Below, piece by piece: positions 10,463 through 22,458 of a DNA stretch of 34,558 nt. Origin of the DNA: Octopus bimaculoides. Lineage: Eukaryota. The notes below the pieces were generated by a model. It worked only from the letters and a program-made list of their open reading frames with translations, was not told the DNA's origin and searched no databases. Location of the stretch: the NCBI RefSeq assembly GCF_001194135.2, contig NC_068990.1, forward strand, positions 90,023,296-90,057,853, read 5' to 3'. The translations under genes and the position numbers were made by a program. The number at the start of each line of letters is the position of its first letter. The stretch's first letter is position 1.

Positions 10463-12314
10463 ATGTATATATAGTCGTATATATATATGAAACTGCGTTT
10501 GTTTGTTAATGTTTATGTGCTTTATTATAGCTCACAAATATACACGCATTCACGTACCTGTGTATACATAAAACTGTTTGATTGTAACACACAGACACAG
10601 TTATGCTTAAATATGTTTGTAGGAAAGCTTGGAAAACTCACGGAACTGTATCTTCGCTTCTGATTACCTTCTGAATGGTGCGCGCGCGCGCGCGATAAAT
10701 CAAGATAGAACATGGAAATGATTAACAGAAAAAAGATAAATGATAGATAAACCTTAGAAATCCTCTCATCAGCCATGGAAACCAGAGTATCAGTGCAGTT
10801 TCGGCACGTTTAAAGTCCAAAGGCCTTGCATCTCGATTTTAGATTTTATGAGACTGTTTATACACATGTATATTGATGATCTTCCTATCAATATATTTGG
10901 TTAAACCCAGTTGGCATCAGGATTGTTTTTTCACAATTCCTTACGTGGATATTGCTTCCTCNNNNNNNNNNNNNNNNNNNNNNNNNNNNNNNNNNNNNNN
11001 NNNNNNNNNNNNNNNNNNNNNNNNNNNNNNNNNNNNNNNNNNNNNNNNNNNNNNNNNNNNNNNNNNNNNNNNNNNNNNNNNNNNNNNNNNNNNNNNNNNN
11101 NNNNNNNNNNNNNNNNNNNNNNNNNNNNNNNNNNNNNNNNNNNNNNNNNNNNNNNNNNNNNNNNNNNNNNNNNNNNNNNNNNNNNNNNNNNNNNNNNNNN
11201 NNNNNNNNNNNNNNNNNNNNNNNNNNNNNNNNNNNNNNNNNNNNNNNNNNNNNNNNNNNNNNNNNNNNNNNNNNNNNNNNNNNNNNNNNNNNNNNNNNNN
11301 NNNNNNNNTATTAAAGTTGCAAAAACATCAAAACTTTATTATTGAAGTTGCAAAAACATCAAAATCTCAATCAAATCTGTCCGACGAACGGGAACGTGAA
11401 ACTCTGAGTAGCAGTTTTTTTTTGGTGATTTTTTTTTTTGGTGATTTTTTTTTTTGGTGATATTTTTGCAGCTTTAATAATAAAGTATTTATCTATCTTT
11501 TCTTTTCTCAAAGAAAATATTTCTCCAGCGTTCGCTATTTTACCCTCGTTCTGGTCTAACGACCCTCCATGTTTGTTTTCGTTCGGTTTCCTTGTATGTC
11601 TCCACTGTCCTGTTTTTGTTCCCGACGTTGACCCTCCATAAATCCCAAATTCTATTTTGGTGTTTGTGGGAGCAACTGCCTTCGAAGAGTCATATAGTCG
11701 TTCAATGCTCTAAATGAGGAGCAGATAAACAGCCGACAACTGATGAATTATTTATATTATTATTTCATTGGACGTCATGCATCCATTTCCAAGTATATAT
11801 ATGTATATATATATATATGTATATAGTGTGTGTGTAAATATATAGAAACAGGTATATTTCGGAGTCAAACTTGATTGAAAACGCAAGATCCACCTGGTAT
11901 TCCCGTCCTCCACATGTCAACAATGTCACAATGTGACTGCATAGATAAAATATTCAATTTCTGGCCCGTAGACTGTCTTCTAATACTACTACTCTGATCT
12001 CTGTTCGTCACGAGCTGGCTGCTCTCTTGCCGCTCCCCACCAGGTTCTTCCCACACATTTGTTTCTTTTCTCTTTTGTCAGCCATATTATGCCCACTCCT
12101 TATAGGCTCCGCAGTAACAAATCTAGGCCACTACTTACCCTACAACTAAATTTACTAAAATGGAATACATTTCTTCCTCCTTTGTTAATTTTTCTTTCTG
12201 TTTTTTTTTTTGCGGTTACATTAATTTTTATTTATTCAAAGAAATTATTAACTGCGTCTCAATCCCTCCGACTTTTTCCGAACAAACTAATAGCAGAAAC
12301 AATGTCTATGTATA

Positions 12315-12540
12315 TCGAGCTGGCAGAAACGTTAGCACGCCGGGTGAATTGCTTCGCGGTATTTCGTCTGCTATTACATTCTGAGTTCAAATTCCGCTGA
12401 GGTCGACTTTGCCTTTCATCCTTTCGGGGTCGAGGTTACGCACTGGGATCGAAGTAATCGACTTAATCCATTTGTCTGTCCTTGTTTGTCCCCTCTGTGT
12501 GTAGCCCCTTGTGGGCAATAAAGAAATAAGAAACTGTTTT
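12315..12540 (+). mobile_element. SINE family A variant with an alternative 3' end
   Basis: Head GAGCTGGCAGAAACGTTAGCACGCCGGG, B box GAGTTCAAATTCC; 3' part differs from 3447-3658. Confidence 0.85.
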
Positions 12541-12639
12541 TGTGGTGGTTCGCCAAATCTTTAGCTGCCATTTTGACTTATTACATTTAATTATAATGGT
12601 TTCCGATTTAGGCTTCAAAGCCAGCAATTTTGACGGGGA

Positions 12640-12907
12640 GGGAGCATAGTGGTTAGAGTGTTACTCTCATGATCGTGGTTTCGATTCCTGGATCAAGCGA
12701 TGCGTTGTGTTCCCGCGTAAAAAACTTCATTTCCTATTGCTCAACTCACTCATCTGTAAATGAAGTGACTGTGTGAAAGACTGGCGTCTCGTACCGGGGT
12801 AATGTTGTGATGTTGGTCACCTACACGCCATGAAAGCGGGTAACCGGCCCTGAGTCATAGGACTCGAGGCAGTAACGATCATGATGATGATGATGATGAT
12901 GATGATG
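12640..12907 (+). mobile_element. Full-length tRNA-headed CORE-like SINE with (ATG)n tail
   Basis: A box TAGTGGTTAG 12647-12656, B box GGTTTCGATTCC 12677-12688, CORE-like block, ATG tandem tail 12881-12907. Confidence 0.8.
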
Positions 12908-12929
12908 GTTAACTGATACTATCGCCCTC

Positions 12930-13590
12930 AGAACTTAATTCGTATATTACTTTGTCGACCATGCTGAGCTAAAAGGCAAAGTTGGCTTTGACAGGATTTG
13001 AAACCTCTTAATTGTTTCTAATTCAGACACGAGACCAGAAGGTTCGAGTGGCAGAGATAAGTCGATACAACTGAGCTCAAAACTTGACGGGTACTTTATT
13101 TTATTCACCCTGAAAGAATGAAATCTTCGGTGGGATTTGAACGTAAAAAAATCGAAACGAATACCAGAAAGCAATTTTCCCGATGGCACAAGGCCAGCAA
13201 TTTGGGGGTAAGGGCATAGTCGATTAAATCGATCTCATTACTTGACTCTTACTTGATTTCATAGTTCCCGAAAAAATAAAGGGTTACGTTTGCTTGAAAG
13301 ATATTTGAACTTAGAACATAAAGAGCCGGAATAAATAAGGTATTTTTGTCAATGCTCCAACGATTCCGTTAATCCATCACTTGACTACAATTAGTAAATG
13401 GTATCTAACTTTACTACACGACGTGTCTAAGCGATGGTGTTGCTTGTATAGGCTGGTCCCTACTTTATCGGGTCTGGAACTATTATAAAGGTAAAATGAA
13501 TTTCCAGCGGAAATTGAACTAAAACATAAATGGGACGTTAACTAGATAACACAGGGCATTTAATCTGTCGCTCCACCAGTTATATCCGCC
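12930..13590 (-). mobile_element. Cluster of about four diverged family A SINE fragments, all minus strand
   Basis: Reverse B-box motifs (GGATTTGAA, ATTTGAAC, AATTGAAC) at about 12995, 13135, 13305 and 13515. Confidence 0.6.
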
Positions 13591-13633
13591 GTATAATGAG
13601 GATCATGATAACAATCCTCACTCTCAATCTCTC

Positions 13634-13653
13634 CCTCTTTCTCTCTCTCTCAA

Positions 13654-13738
<85 letters not shown>

Positions 13739-13742
13739 TTAC

Positions 13743-13778
<36 letters not shown>

Positions 13779-13885
13779 GTATATATATGTGTGTGTGTGT
13801 GTGTATTTGCGTTTATGTGTGTGCGTGTATTTCTATCCATGTACGTGTGTGTATTTATATGTACGTGTATGTGTATGTATGCATG

Positions 13886-13930
<45 letters not shown>

Positions 13931-13979
13931 TTGAAAACATGATTCTTCAGATAGAAATGGAATTTCCACCCCCTCTCTT

Positions 13980-14011
<32 letters not shown>

Positions 14012-14035
14012 ACACACACACGCACACGCACACAT
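13634..14035. repeat. Compound (CT)/(TG)/(CA)/(AT) microsatellite block
   Basis: Direct reading. Confidence 0.9.
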
Positions 14036-14639
14036 TACCATTATATTTGTAGTGAAGTGACTTATGTAGCGGTGGTATAACAACAGCTGTCACAACTTAT
14101 CATCTCACCGACTTTATTCTTGTAACTATTCTGATTTTTCCTTAACAGGAAAAAAAAAAAAAGCAACAAAAACACATAAGNNNNNNNNNNNNNNNNNNNN
14201 NNNNNNNNNNNNNNNNNNNNNNNNNNNNNNNNNNNNNNNNNNNNNNNNNNNNNNNNNNNNNNNNNNNNNNNNNNNNNNNNNNNNNNNNNNNNNNNNNNNN
14301 NNNNNNNNNNNNNNNNNNNNNNNNNNNNNNNNNNNNNNNNNNNNNNNNNNNNNNNNNNNNNNNNNNNNNNNNNNNNNNNNNNNNNNNNNNNNNNNNTAAT
14401 CTTAACTATTTGCCATATATTTGACAAATGTTGCTAAGAGTACGCCAATGCTACCACGGTTCTTTGGTCGTATTCTTTTGATGGAATGGACTGGCGAAGG
14501 AAATTATGTTCAAATGATATCTTTTAGTAAATAATGTGGAGATATCATACGTACACGCGCACACGTAGAGTCTGTCCCATAGAATGTATCGTAATTAGGC
14601 TCTCAGTCAACATATATTGTCTGGTATATCTACTATGTG

Positions 14640-15006
14640 GCAGCGCAATGGTCCAATGGTTGTGGCAGCGGGCTCGCGGTCGTAGGATCGCGGTTTCGAT
14701 TCCCAGACCGAGCGTTGTGAGTGTTTATTGAGCGAATACACTTAAAAGCTCCACGAGGCTCCGGTAGGGGGTAGTGGCGAACCCTGCTGTACTCTCTCAC
14801 CACAATTTTCTTTCACTCTTTCTTCCTGTTTCTGTTGTACCTGTATTTCAAAGGGACAGCCTTGTCATGCTGAATCTCCCTGAGAACTACGTTAAAGGTA
14901 CACGTATCTGTGGTGTGCTCAGCGACTTGAACGTTAATTTCACGAGCAGGCTGTTCCGTTGATCGGATCAGCTGGAACCCTCGTCGTCGTAACCGACGGA
15001 GTACCA
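14640..15006 (+). mobile_element. tRNA-derived SINE (family C), full length
   Basis: A/B boxes; colinear with 3735-4041; flanked by ATATCTACTAT (14626-14636) and ATATCTTCTAT (15009-15019), a likely TSD with one mismatch. Confidence 0.9.
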
Positions 15007-15405
15007 CGATATCTTCTATAGTATAACAGTGAGACTGAACTGTTAGCAGTGTACTAGTAATTTGCTGTTCAAACGTGCGCATTGTTGTATCTTGGGAGGG
15101 TCATTATGCCAATAATAGACACACACATTGGTTCTGATTCACTCTTATTATTACTAGTCAATTGGTTAACCATTTAACCAACTAACTGATCGATTGTTTT
15201 GTTGATTGATCAGACGATCAATCAGTCGGCTAAATTTATCAAAATCCTTTCGTCGATTTCGCAGCCTCATCAGTGACATGCCCCCCCCCGGGTGATTTCC
15301 TTGAGAAGCATTGTGTACGTGGGAAAACATAAAAATGATTATTTAATGCTTTCTTCCGTTCCTTTTTTTTTCACGGGACATTAAGTTATCATCTATAATC
15401 AATTT

Positions 15406-15436
<31 letters not shown>

Positions 15437-15479
15437 GAGAGAGAGAAAGATAGAAAAAGAGAGGATGATGAAGAGTAAG

Positions 15480-15640
15480 AGGGGCAAGAAAGAAGAATCG
15501 ACCCTGTTATTTGTCGATTACGAAAGGATGAAAAGCTATGTCGACCTTGGCAGTATCTCGGCTGTATTTGAACTCGGAGCGCAGAGAGCCGAAGCAAATA
15601 TTGTAAAGCCATTCTATTCGATGCTCTTACGACTCCTTTT
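15480..15640 (-). mobile_element. SINE family A fragment, diverged
   Basis: GAAAGGATGAAAAG...GTCGACCTTGGC...ATTTGAACTC. Confidence 0.7.
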
Positions 15641-16639
15641 GGTGGGGTCTTGGACTAAGTTGTCAATGTGTCCCTTTCTTGTTAAATATTTTAAGGTATC
15701 ATATGAAGGAAGTTTGGCTGTTGGAACCTGCTGTTTCCAACAGGTTAAGCAACTCCCTCGATGGTTGTCGAATATCTCGTTAACTTGGTGACCTTACGCA
15801 CATTTTTACGGGACAAAGACAGAGGTGGAGGAGAGGGGAAGCAGTCCTGTGATCGTTTGTAAACCTACTCGGCAGATTGGTGAGACTGATGCAGTTGATA
15901 TTCATATTGGACAACTGTAGATTCATGTTTACAGACTAAATAAATAAAGTCTGGGTACAAAAAACAAAAAAAACTGTCTTAAGATAATGTGTGTTTTTCG
16001 ACATCTGTTCTTTTGTTCATTGTCTTTCAGACTTTCTCTCATCTCCCTTCATTCAATGTTTGTAAATGTATCCAGATTTGTAGATACAGTTGTCTGGGTC
16101 TGTCTGCTTCTCTTTCTCTTTCGCTTCTCTCGTCATATTAGTGAAAATATTTGGAACTTTTGATACTCTGTTTGAACTGTTTTCTTGTACATTATAATAA
16201 ACACTTTCATTTTCTTCATTAGCATTTTAAAAAATTCCTTGTGGAAATTAAAAACAAAAAATATATAATCCTACTTGTAAAGGTGTCGAAATCCATTTAG
16301 CACCGGGCACCATCATCCTTAGGGAAGGCTCTGGCTTAGACCTGTGACATGGTCGGAAGGTTTGCAAGTGGACTCTGCCAAAAAGGCACGGAGTGGTCAA
16401 GTGATATTGGTGTGGCCACTGTGCCACAGTCGTCACAATCCCACAGATGTCAATGTTGGTAAGATCTGAGTCCTTGATTTTTAATTCGAAGGATTTCCGT
16501 CGTATCATACGGTGGGTATTTAAACCTGGCGAAACCCATCCCTCTCGAGGTCCGAACAAAGCCGATTTCTTTCAAAGGGAAGAAGTAAAGAAAAGAAAGT
16601 TAGAGAAAGAGAGGGAAAAATGACTTCAGTATTTTAATT

Positions 16640-16770
16640 TTCGACCATTAGAAGATAAAAGGCAAGATTGGCCTCGGCGGCATTTGAATTAAAAGTGCAG
16701 AAAGAGAGGCAAAATTAATACCGTGAAATAAATCTATCCGATGCGTTAATTACTTTGCTATATCGCCTTT
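16640..16770 (-). mobile_element. SINE family A fragment, diverged
   Basis: AAAAGGCAAG...CCTCGGCGGCATTTGAA. Confidence 0.65.
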
Positions 16771-16944
16771 TTATAGGCGTTAGCACTACTCCGAGGTGTT
16801 GATGGGAACTTACCATGGAATTAAATGGTTTTGATTTACTGTTAGGTGAGTTTTGGCCAACCCTGTGTGTAATTGTACCGAACGCGAGGGAATGCAACTC
16901 TCGAAGCGAGCCTTTTAAAAACAGATTCAGCTGCATATCATATG

Positions 16945-17095
16945 ATTTCATAATATATACGACGGGCTTCTTTCATTTTCCGTCTACCAAATCCACTCAC
17001 AAGGCTTTGGTCGACTATGAGGCTGTAGCAGAAGTCACTTTCCCAAGGTGCCACGCAGCTGGACTGAACCCGGAACTATGTGGTTGAGAAGCAAA
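16945..17095 (-). mobile_element. CORE-like SINE
   Basis: CCGTCTACCAAATCCACTCACAAGGCTTTGG...CCCAAGGTGCCACGCAG...ACTGAACCCGGAAC; homologous to 27170-27335. Confidence 0.8.
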
Positions 17096-17153
17096 TAATA
17101 TATATTGCGTGTGTGTGTGTCTGACCTCTACTACATTGCTTCCAAATACAAAT

Positions 17154-17184
<31 letters not shown>

Positions 17185-17939
17185 NNNNNNNNNNNNNNNN
17201 NNNNNNNNNNNNNNNNNNNNNNNNNNNNNNNNNNNNNNNNNNNNNNNNNNNNNNNNNNNNNNNNNNNNNNNNNNNNNNNNNNNNNNNNNNNNNNNNNNNN
17301 NNNNNNNNNNNNNNNNNNNNNNNNNNNNNNNNNNNNNNNNNNNNNNNNNNNNNNNNNNNNNNNNNNNNNNNNNNNNNNNNNNNNNNNNNNNNNNNNNNNN
17401 NNNNNNNNNNNNNNNNNNNNNNNNNNNNNNNNNNNNNNNNNNNNNNNNNNNNNNNNNNNNNNNNNNNNNNNNNNNNNNNNNNNNNNNNNNNNNNNNNNNN
17501 NNNAAAAAAAAAAAAAAAAAAAAAAAATGAAAAGAAAACAACAGAAGACACAGGATAAACAAAATGATGAGGAAACGTTCCAATTAGAGAATAGCCACCA
17601 GACGCCAGTCAGAGAATCCTGCAGAGCTGGTTTAGTCTTACAGTCAACAGTAAGTTCCCCACCTCTCAGTTTATGGTCCCCAGCTGTAGTTCCCCGTTTA
17701 TTCGGACCGTACCCGCCACTCTCATCCACCTTTTCGCTGGGAGACAATACAACCCCTCTCCCCCACTCTTCTCTCTTCTCTTCTTAAATTAGGAACAGAA
17801 GTTGGTGACAGCTTGGTCGGAGAGTAAATTGTCCTCATTTCTTTCAAACTTGTCCAGTATATAGTCCTTTTCTATTTTTCTGCAGCACTGGGATCTTCAC
17901 GATAGAATCGGTTGACAAATGAATGTAGGTGTTCGACGT

Positions 17940-18240
17940 AAGTTCGGTTTCTGATTGCGTTGAGTTCATATGTCACCGAGGTCACTTTGTTTTGGCTACT
18001 TCCGGAATCAATAAAATACCTAAGTACTGAGATCGATAAAATCGATTATTTGCTTTCCTCGATTTCCAGGCTTTGTACCCGTATTAGAAACTAACAGCAT
18101 CTCTTCCAGTGCGTTAAGTTCTGAGCTCAATTTTACCTTTCATATTCTCGGGGTCAGTAAAATAAAGTACCAGTTAAGTTCTGGGGTCCATGTATCGACA
18201 AACCCCTCCACCCAAATAACTAATTTTTACCTAAATTTGA
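17940..18240 (+). mobile_element. Two tandem family A SINE 3' fragments
   Basis: GAGTTCATATGTCACCGAGG at about 17960 and GTTCTGAGCTCAA at about 18118, each ending in a TAGAAAC/TTGAAAC-like end. Confidence 0.65.
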
Positions 18241-18254
18241 AACATTATTTATTG

Positions 18255-19130
18255 CTATCTCTGGAAGGTCAGGTAGTGGTGACGAACGCCTTCATGATCT
18301 TCATCATCTGTTATCGTCTGACGTCTTGCTTTGTCTCAGTTCACGTCCGACTGATCTGGAACGTCAGCTCTTTCGCTTTTTGTAGAGGGAGCGCGCTTTA
18401 CTGGTCAAGCGTTCCATTTGCTATTAACATCTGCTGCATAGAGGACTGGACATGCTGTGGCTGATGATGCTTTACCATTCGCTGAGGTTATGACCTCTCC
18501 GGCGATTCCTTCGACGGTCAGCAAATGTGGCCAGCATTTGTCAGACATGTTTTTCCACAGCTAGTCATTTGACAGATTTGCAGTTCAGGGCCCAACAAAG
18601 ACCTCACAGCTCTCTACCACTTGGGCAGTGAGGCAGGTGAAAGTTCCACGTTGGTGTCCTGTAGAGGATTAGTGGTGGACAATAGTGACGACGTTCTCGG
18701 GGAAACCCTGGTTTTCAATGAAGATCAACTGATTTATTCCGGAGGACTTTCAAACAGGGACCCATGGGTAATATTTCCAGAAATCCCTGACCTGACATTA
18801 CTATAGGAGTGTACAGTTGGTTTAAAATGAACCCTGCAAACAAGGAAATGTTGTCAGTCAGGCCCGTCCGAAGTGTGCGCAGGGCAAGGAAACAGTTTTG
18901 CACGCCCTCGTCTAGTGCCCGAGCAATGCTAGCTGCTCTTACGTGCTATCAGCTGAGTCCATTGCGGAAATCATCCCACCGCCTTTTTATCTATCAGGTG
19001 GCCTTGCTAAAAGAGGTTGGGTGGCTAATGAAATTGAATAGGCCGAAAATAGATAACTTCTTTGTTTTGGTCGAGTCCTCATCAATGTTTTTCTAGTTTC
19101 ATTTCAAAATGTGTTATTTTACTGGGTAGA
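18255..19130 (+). pseudogene. L1/Tx1-clade LINE ORF2 remnant (post-RT region to C-terminus)
   Basis: Broken frames: LSLEGQVVVTNAF..ICYRL, ERQLFRFL*R..LVKRSIC..RGLDM, DDVLGETL, FQKSL, RPKCAQGKETVLHALV*CPS (CCHC knuckle 18865-18920), LKEVGW. Same family as 6815-7700. Confidence 0.85.
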
Positions 19131-19764
19131 ATATGTGTTGCCCGTGTTATGCTGTGTTATTTGAGGGAGATTTGGTTGATATTTCTAGCAGCTCGAGACT
19201 ATGTTGGTGCTCTTTGTTGTTGTTGCAATATAACATATGGAGGTAATTTAGATTTATGTTCAGTAAGTACATTCTCTGTTGAAACGTGTTTCACAGTCGG
19301 TTTATTAGTTCGTGATTACTTCCCTTTACAGAGCCAGTGTTTAGGTTTACAACTTCATACAGATACAACACACTACATCACATGCTGCATCGCTTAGGCT
19401 TTCATCTCCCCTGTGATATAAGTCCAGTTGTTTTTCTGGCCTCCACTAAACATATGGCACAACAGGTTTGTTTTAACAGCATGTAAGAAATTCATAAAAA
19501 CAAACAGTTTAACCAACATGCGGTGTGATGAGGCGTAGAAAGAGCTTGTACGTGGTGCCTCGTTCGGGTAGAAATCGCTGTCAGTTCTTACTCACGTCGC
19601 AGTGTGTTGTCTTAGGAACTGATAACCTTTATATCTAAACTACAATTGGCAATGTTTTTACCCACTGAAACAGTAATTTTGCTTGAAATGAGTGCTATGA
19701 AGTCTGGAAAAGGGGCAGAAAGGATTGTTATATTTACTAATATTAAGATGGGTTTAGACAGCGA

Positions 19765-19925
19765 GCCGGCAGAATCCTGAGCACGCCGGGCAAAATGCTT
19801 AGCGACATTGCGTCTGTCGCTACGTCCTGAGTTCCAATTCTGCCGAGGTGGCCTTTGCATCCTTTCGGAGTCGATAAATTAAGTACCAGTGAAACACTGA
19901 GGTCGGTGTAATTGACTAGAATTGT
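19765..19925 (+). mobile_element. SINE family A
   Basis: GCGAGCCGGCAGAATCCTGAGCACGCCGGGC...TCGATAAATTAAGTACCAGT. Confidence 0.85.
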
Positions 19926-20799
19926 TTTGAGCTGAGTGGGGGTGCTAGATTCCCTTGTTCGAAAATATANNNNNNNNNNACACACACACACACACATCTT
20001 TGCTACATATAAATTTATTTCTTGTATTTTTTTCATCCGTTCTGACAGCCTAGAGAAAGTGTCTCATTTCTCCGCATTTCATTCGTCAAAAAAACTCTTT
20101 TAAAATATCAGCAGAGATGCATAACAGGTTAGTTTGAAGTAACACTTTGATGGTGTTGTGGTTGTTATTGGTTGAGTTTCGGTCGGTTGATTTTCATTTA
20201 AAAGAAAAAGAAAAGTGTCGTCATGTCTAATGTAAACGGGTTCATTTAGTAAACTCCGTCTTATTTAATCAAATTGTTCAGTGGATTTCGAGGTAATTTT
20301 CAATACCAGTTTTGGTCTTATTTCTTTATAGTTTATTTTCCTTTTCACACCAACTCTGAACTAAGTGGGAACAGAACAGTCAGTACAAGTCGGAAATAGT
20401 GTTTTATGTAACAAAATTTAACTACAAAGTAAGGCTTTTTTGTGTTCGCGGATAACTTTGTTGTCTTTTATATTTTTTAGTTTTTCTTTCTTTTCATATT
20501 CCATTCATATTTTCCTTTCGTTTTCTCCATTCTTTATCTTTCCATCTTCATTCTTTCTTGCCGTCTTTCTTTTTCTTTCTTCTTCCCCCCCCCACCCATC
20601 CTTCATGTTCTATTTACCAGAATTTTACGTGTTACCAGGACAAGGTCTCGGGTTACTGGCGTCACAGTATTTCGTTATAGTAACCATACAAAGATATTTT
20701 TATAATTTTCGCCAGTGACAAAAACCTACAAATGCGAGAATTAAATATTTATTGCAATTTATTAAATACAGGAATAGGATCTTTGTCATCTTGTCTCCT

Positions 20800-20990
20800 T
20801 TTTATTTCGAAGATCCGCAACTCCTGAACGGACACCCCAAAGCATATGGCGTCCCGGGTAACTGCCCGAATTGTCGGTATTTTCAACTAGCCTTACTCCG
20901 AAGACTTATGAGATCCCTGACGTCTCTACCCTTGTTGTCCACTATTCTATCCCGTCGGCCGCCCATGTCTCGCGCTTCTTCTATTGACCT
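20800..20990 (-). pseudogene. Possible RTE-clade LINE ORF C-terminal remnant
   Basis: One minus frame gives KKRETWA...WTTRVE...PGRHMLW, loosely like the RTE WAGH..RWT..GRP..W tail; heavily decayed. Confidence 0.3.
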
Positions 20991-21234
20991 TCATGAGTAA
21001 CAGCTAAATGTTTCGCCTTCAAACGTTTACTCACAATTCTAAAAATCTTTTCTACTTCCTGTTCTTAGTTAAAATCAAGCCAACGGATCGACTATTTTAA
21101 TATTTCTTCTAGCGGTAGTTTGAAATATATAATGAAAATATTAGGGGCCATTATGGTATGTATATCCACCTTCCTCACATTTGTGGTCATGTTTCAATGT
21201 AAGGTTTTCTGAAACTTCTACAAGATGGTAAGCC

Positions 21235-21450
21235 AGCGAAGGAGCCTCTTCGTGGTCGTCCAACTTGCTAAAAATAAGTCATCTCCCTAAAATCTCTGTA
21301 GTGTTTCAGAAAAGAAATACACTTTGAATATTGTGACCCTGAGTTCACTGTTTTGGGAAGGACAGGATAGTCACGGCTGGAATATATTTAATCGTGGATC
21401 TGCTTGATTATTCTTCACCTGGAGTTATTTAACAGCAAGAACAACAACAG
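21235..21450 (+). mobile_element. SINE-like repeat family D
   Basis: Shares motifs with 6300-6540 and 24700-25240; ends in AACAACAAC. Confidence 0.55.
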
Positions 21451-21929
21451 CGTCAATTTAACAACGAGACGCAAATTCTCAAGTGGAAGCGACAGCACGG
21501 TTTCGATTTCTGGTTGAAGTAATTACATTTTACTTCACTTCCGTTGTTCAGGTTTTTGAGAAAAGTATGAGTATCACAACCTCACATTTCCGTCCCTGCA
21601 ACAAGAAAGAATTCAGTGACTGCCTTAGAAAAGAAGCTAAATTCTCACTCCACCCACCTAGCAAGGTAGAAAAGGAAATGAACAGGAAGAAAGTCACAGG
21701 GAAGAAGAATAACTTACAATTCTGATGGGGGAAAAAATTTCTCAAGAAAGCTTGTCGCATTGCATTTAAGTACCGGAAATAGTGAAGTTATTCAACAAAC
21801 GATATTTTAAGTCTTTATTAACTGGCAATACATCACTTGTACACAATGGCAACACGATTCAATTAATGTCATTGAATGTATGAAAAACAAAAATTACGTT
21901 ATTCTCTGTGAGAATAATTATGTTGATGC

Positions 21930-22150
21930 TTTGACAGAATCGTTAACACGCCGGGCGAAATGCTTAGCGATATTTCGTCTGTCCTTACGTTCTGAGTTCA
22001 AATTCCGCCGAGGTCGACTTTACCTTTTATCCTTTCGGGGTCGATAAATTAAGTGCCAGTTGCATACTGGGGTCGACCTAATCNNNNNNNNNNNNNNNNN
22101 NNNNNNNNNNNNNNNNNNNAATTTCGGGCTTTGTGCCTATAGTAGAAAAT
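21930..22150 (+). mobile_element. SINE family A (young copy spanning the 36-N gap)
   Basis: Close match to 3447-3658. Confidence 0.9.
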
Positions 22151-22189
22151 ATTTATGTGGCCGAATAAACACCTTTCTAGCAACATCTC

Positions 22190-22395
22190 TCGCCATGTTG
22201 GACCGCTGAACTCTACACAGTTTTTCTCTCTCCATTTATTTTCTCTCCATTTTTACCTCCTATTCCTTTCTGTCGAAGAGCGTTGGCTGAAAACGTAAAT
22301 GACTTTTCCATTTTTCCCTGGCGTTAAACTAATACACCTGCATGTTGTTCCTAAACCTGTCTTCGACCTTTGGTTTTTTCTTCTAAATTTGAATT
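22190..22395 (+). mobile_element. Probable Penelope-like element 3' repeat with a degenerate hammerhead scaffold at 22266-22302
   Basis: CTTT-CTGTCGA-A-GAGC-GTTG-GCTG-AAAACGTA-AATG in a pyrimidine-rich context. Confidence 0.5.
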
Positions 22396-22423
22396 ATATA
22401 TATATGTATATATATATATATAC

Positions 22424-22458
<35 letters not shown>

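Noticed and set aside
10760-10806. Minus-strand GAAAC...CTGATGA (type II hammerhead?)
   Set aside because: Stems I and II do not pair.
3735-12690. tRNA genes
   Set aside because: The A/B boxes belong to SINE heads; no complete cloverleaf with acceptor stem.
15248-15277. Minus-strand CTGATGA...GAAA hammerhead-like motif
   Set aside because: Stem II collapses to one pair, no stem I complement, no UH cleavage site.
16248-16559. 103-aa minus ORF in a GC-richer patch
   Set aside because: No recognisable domain or splice structure; left unassigned.
17560-17790. Minus-strand polypurine tract followed by TGT and AATAAA (LTR start?)
   Set aside because: No second LTR, no convincing PBS, no gag/pol sequence.
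19524-19622. C/D snoRNA-like GTGATGA...CTGA
   Set aside because: Only a 3-bp terminal stem, no recognisable rRNA/snRNA guide, and these motifs are common here by chance.
20366-21665. Possible + exons at 20366-20428, 21113-21155 and 21552-21665
   Set aside because: Open frames and GT/AG present, but at least one weak site each or very short, and no recognisable peptide; expected by chance in 34 kb.
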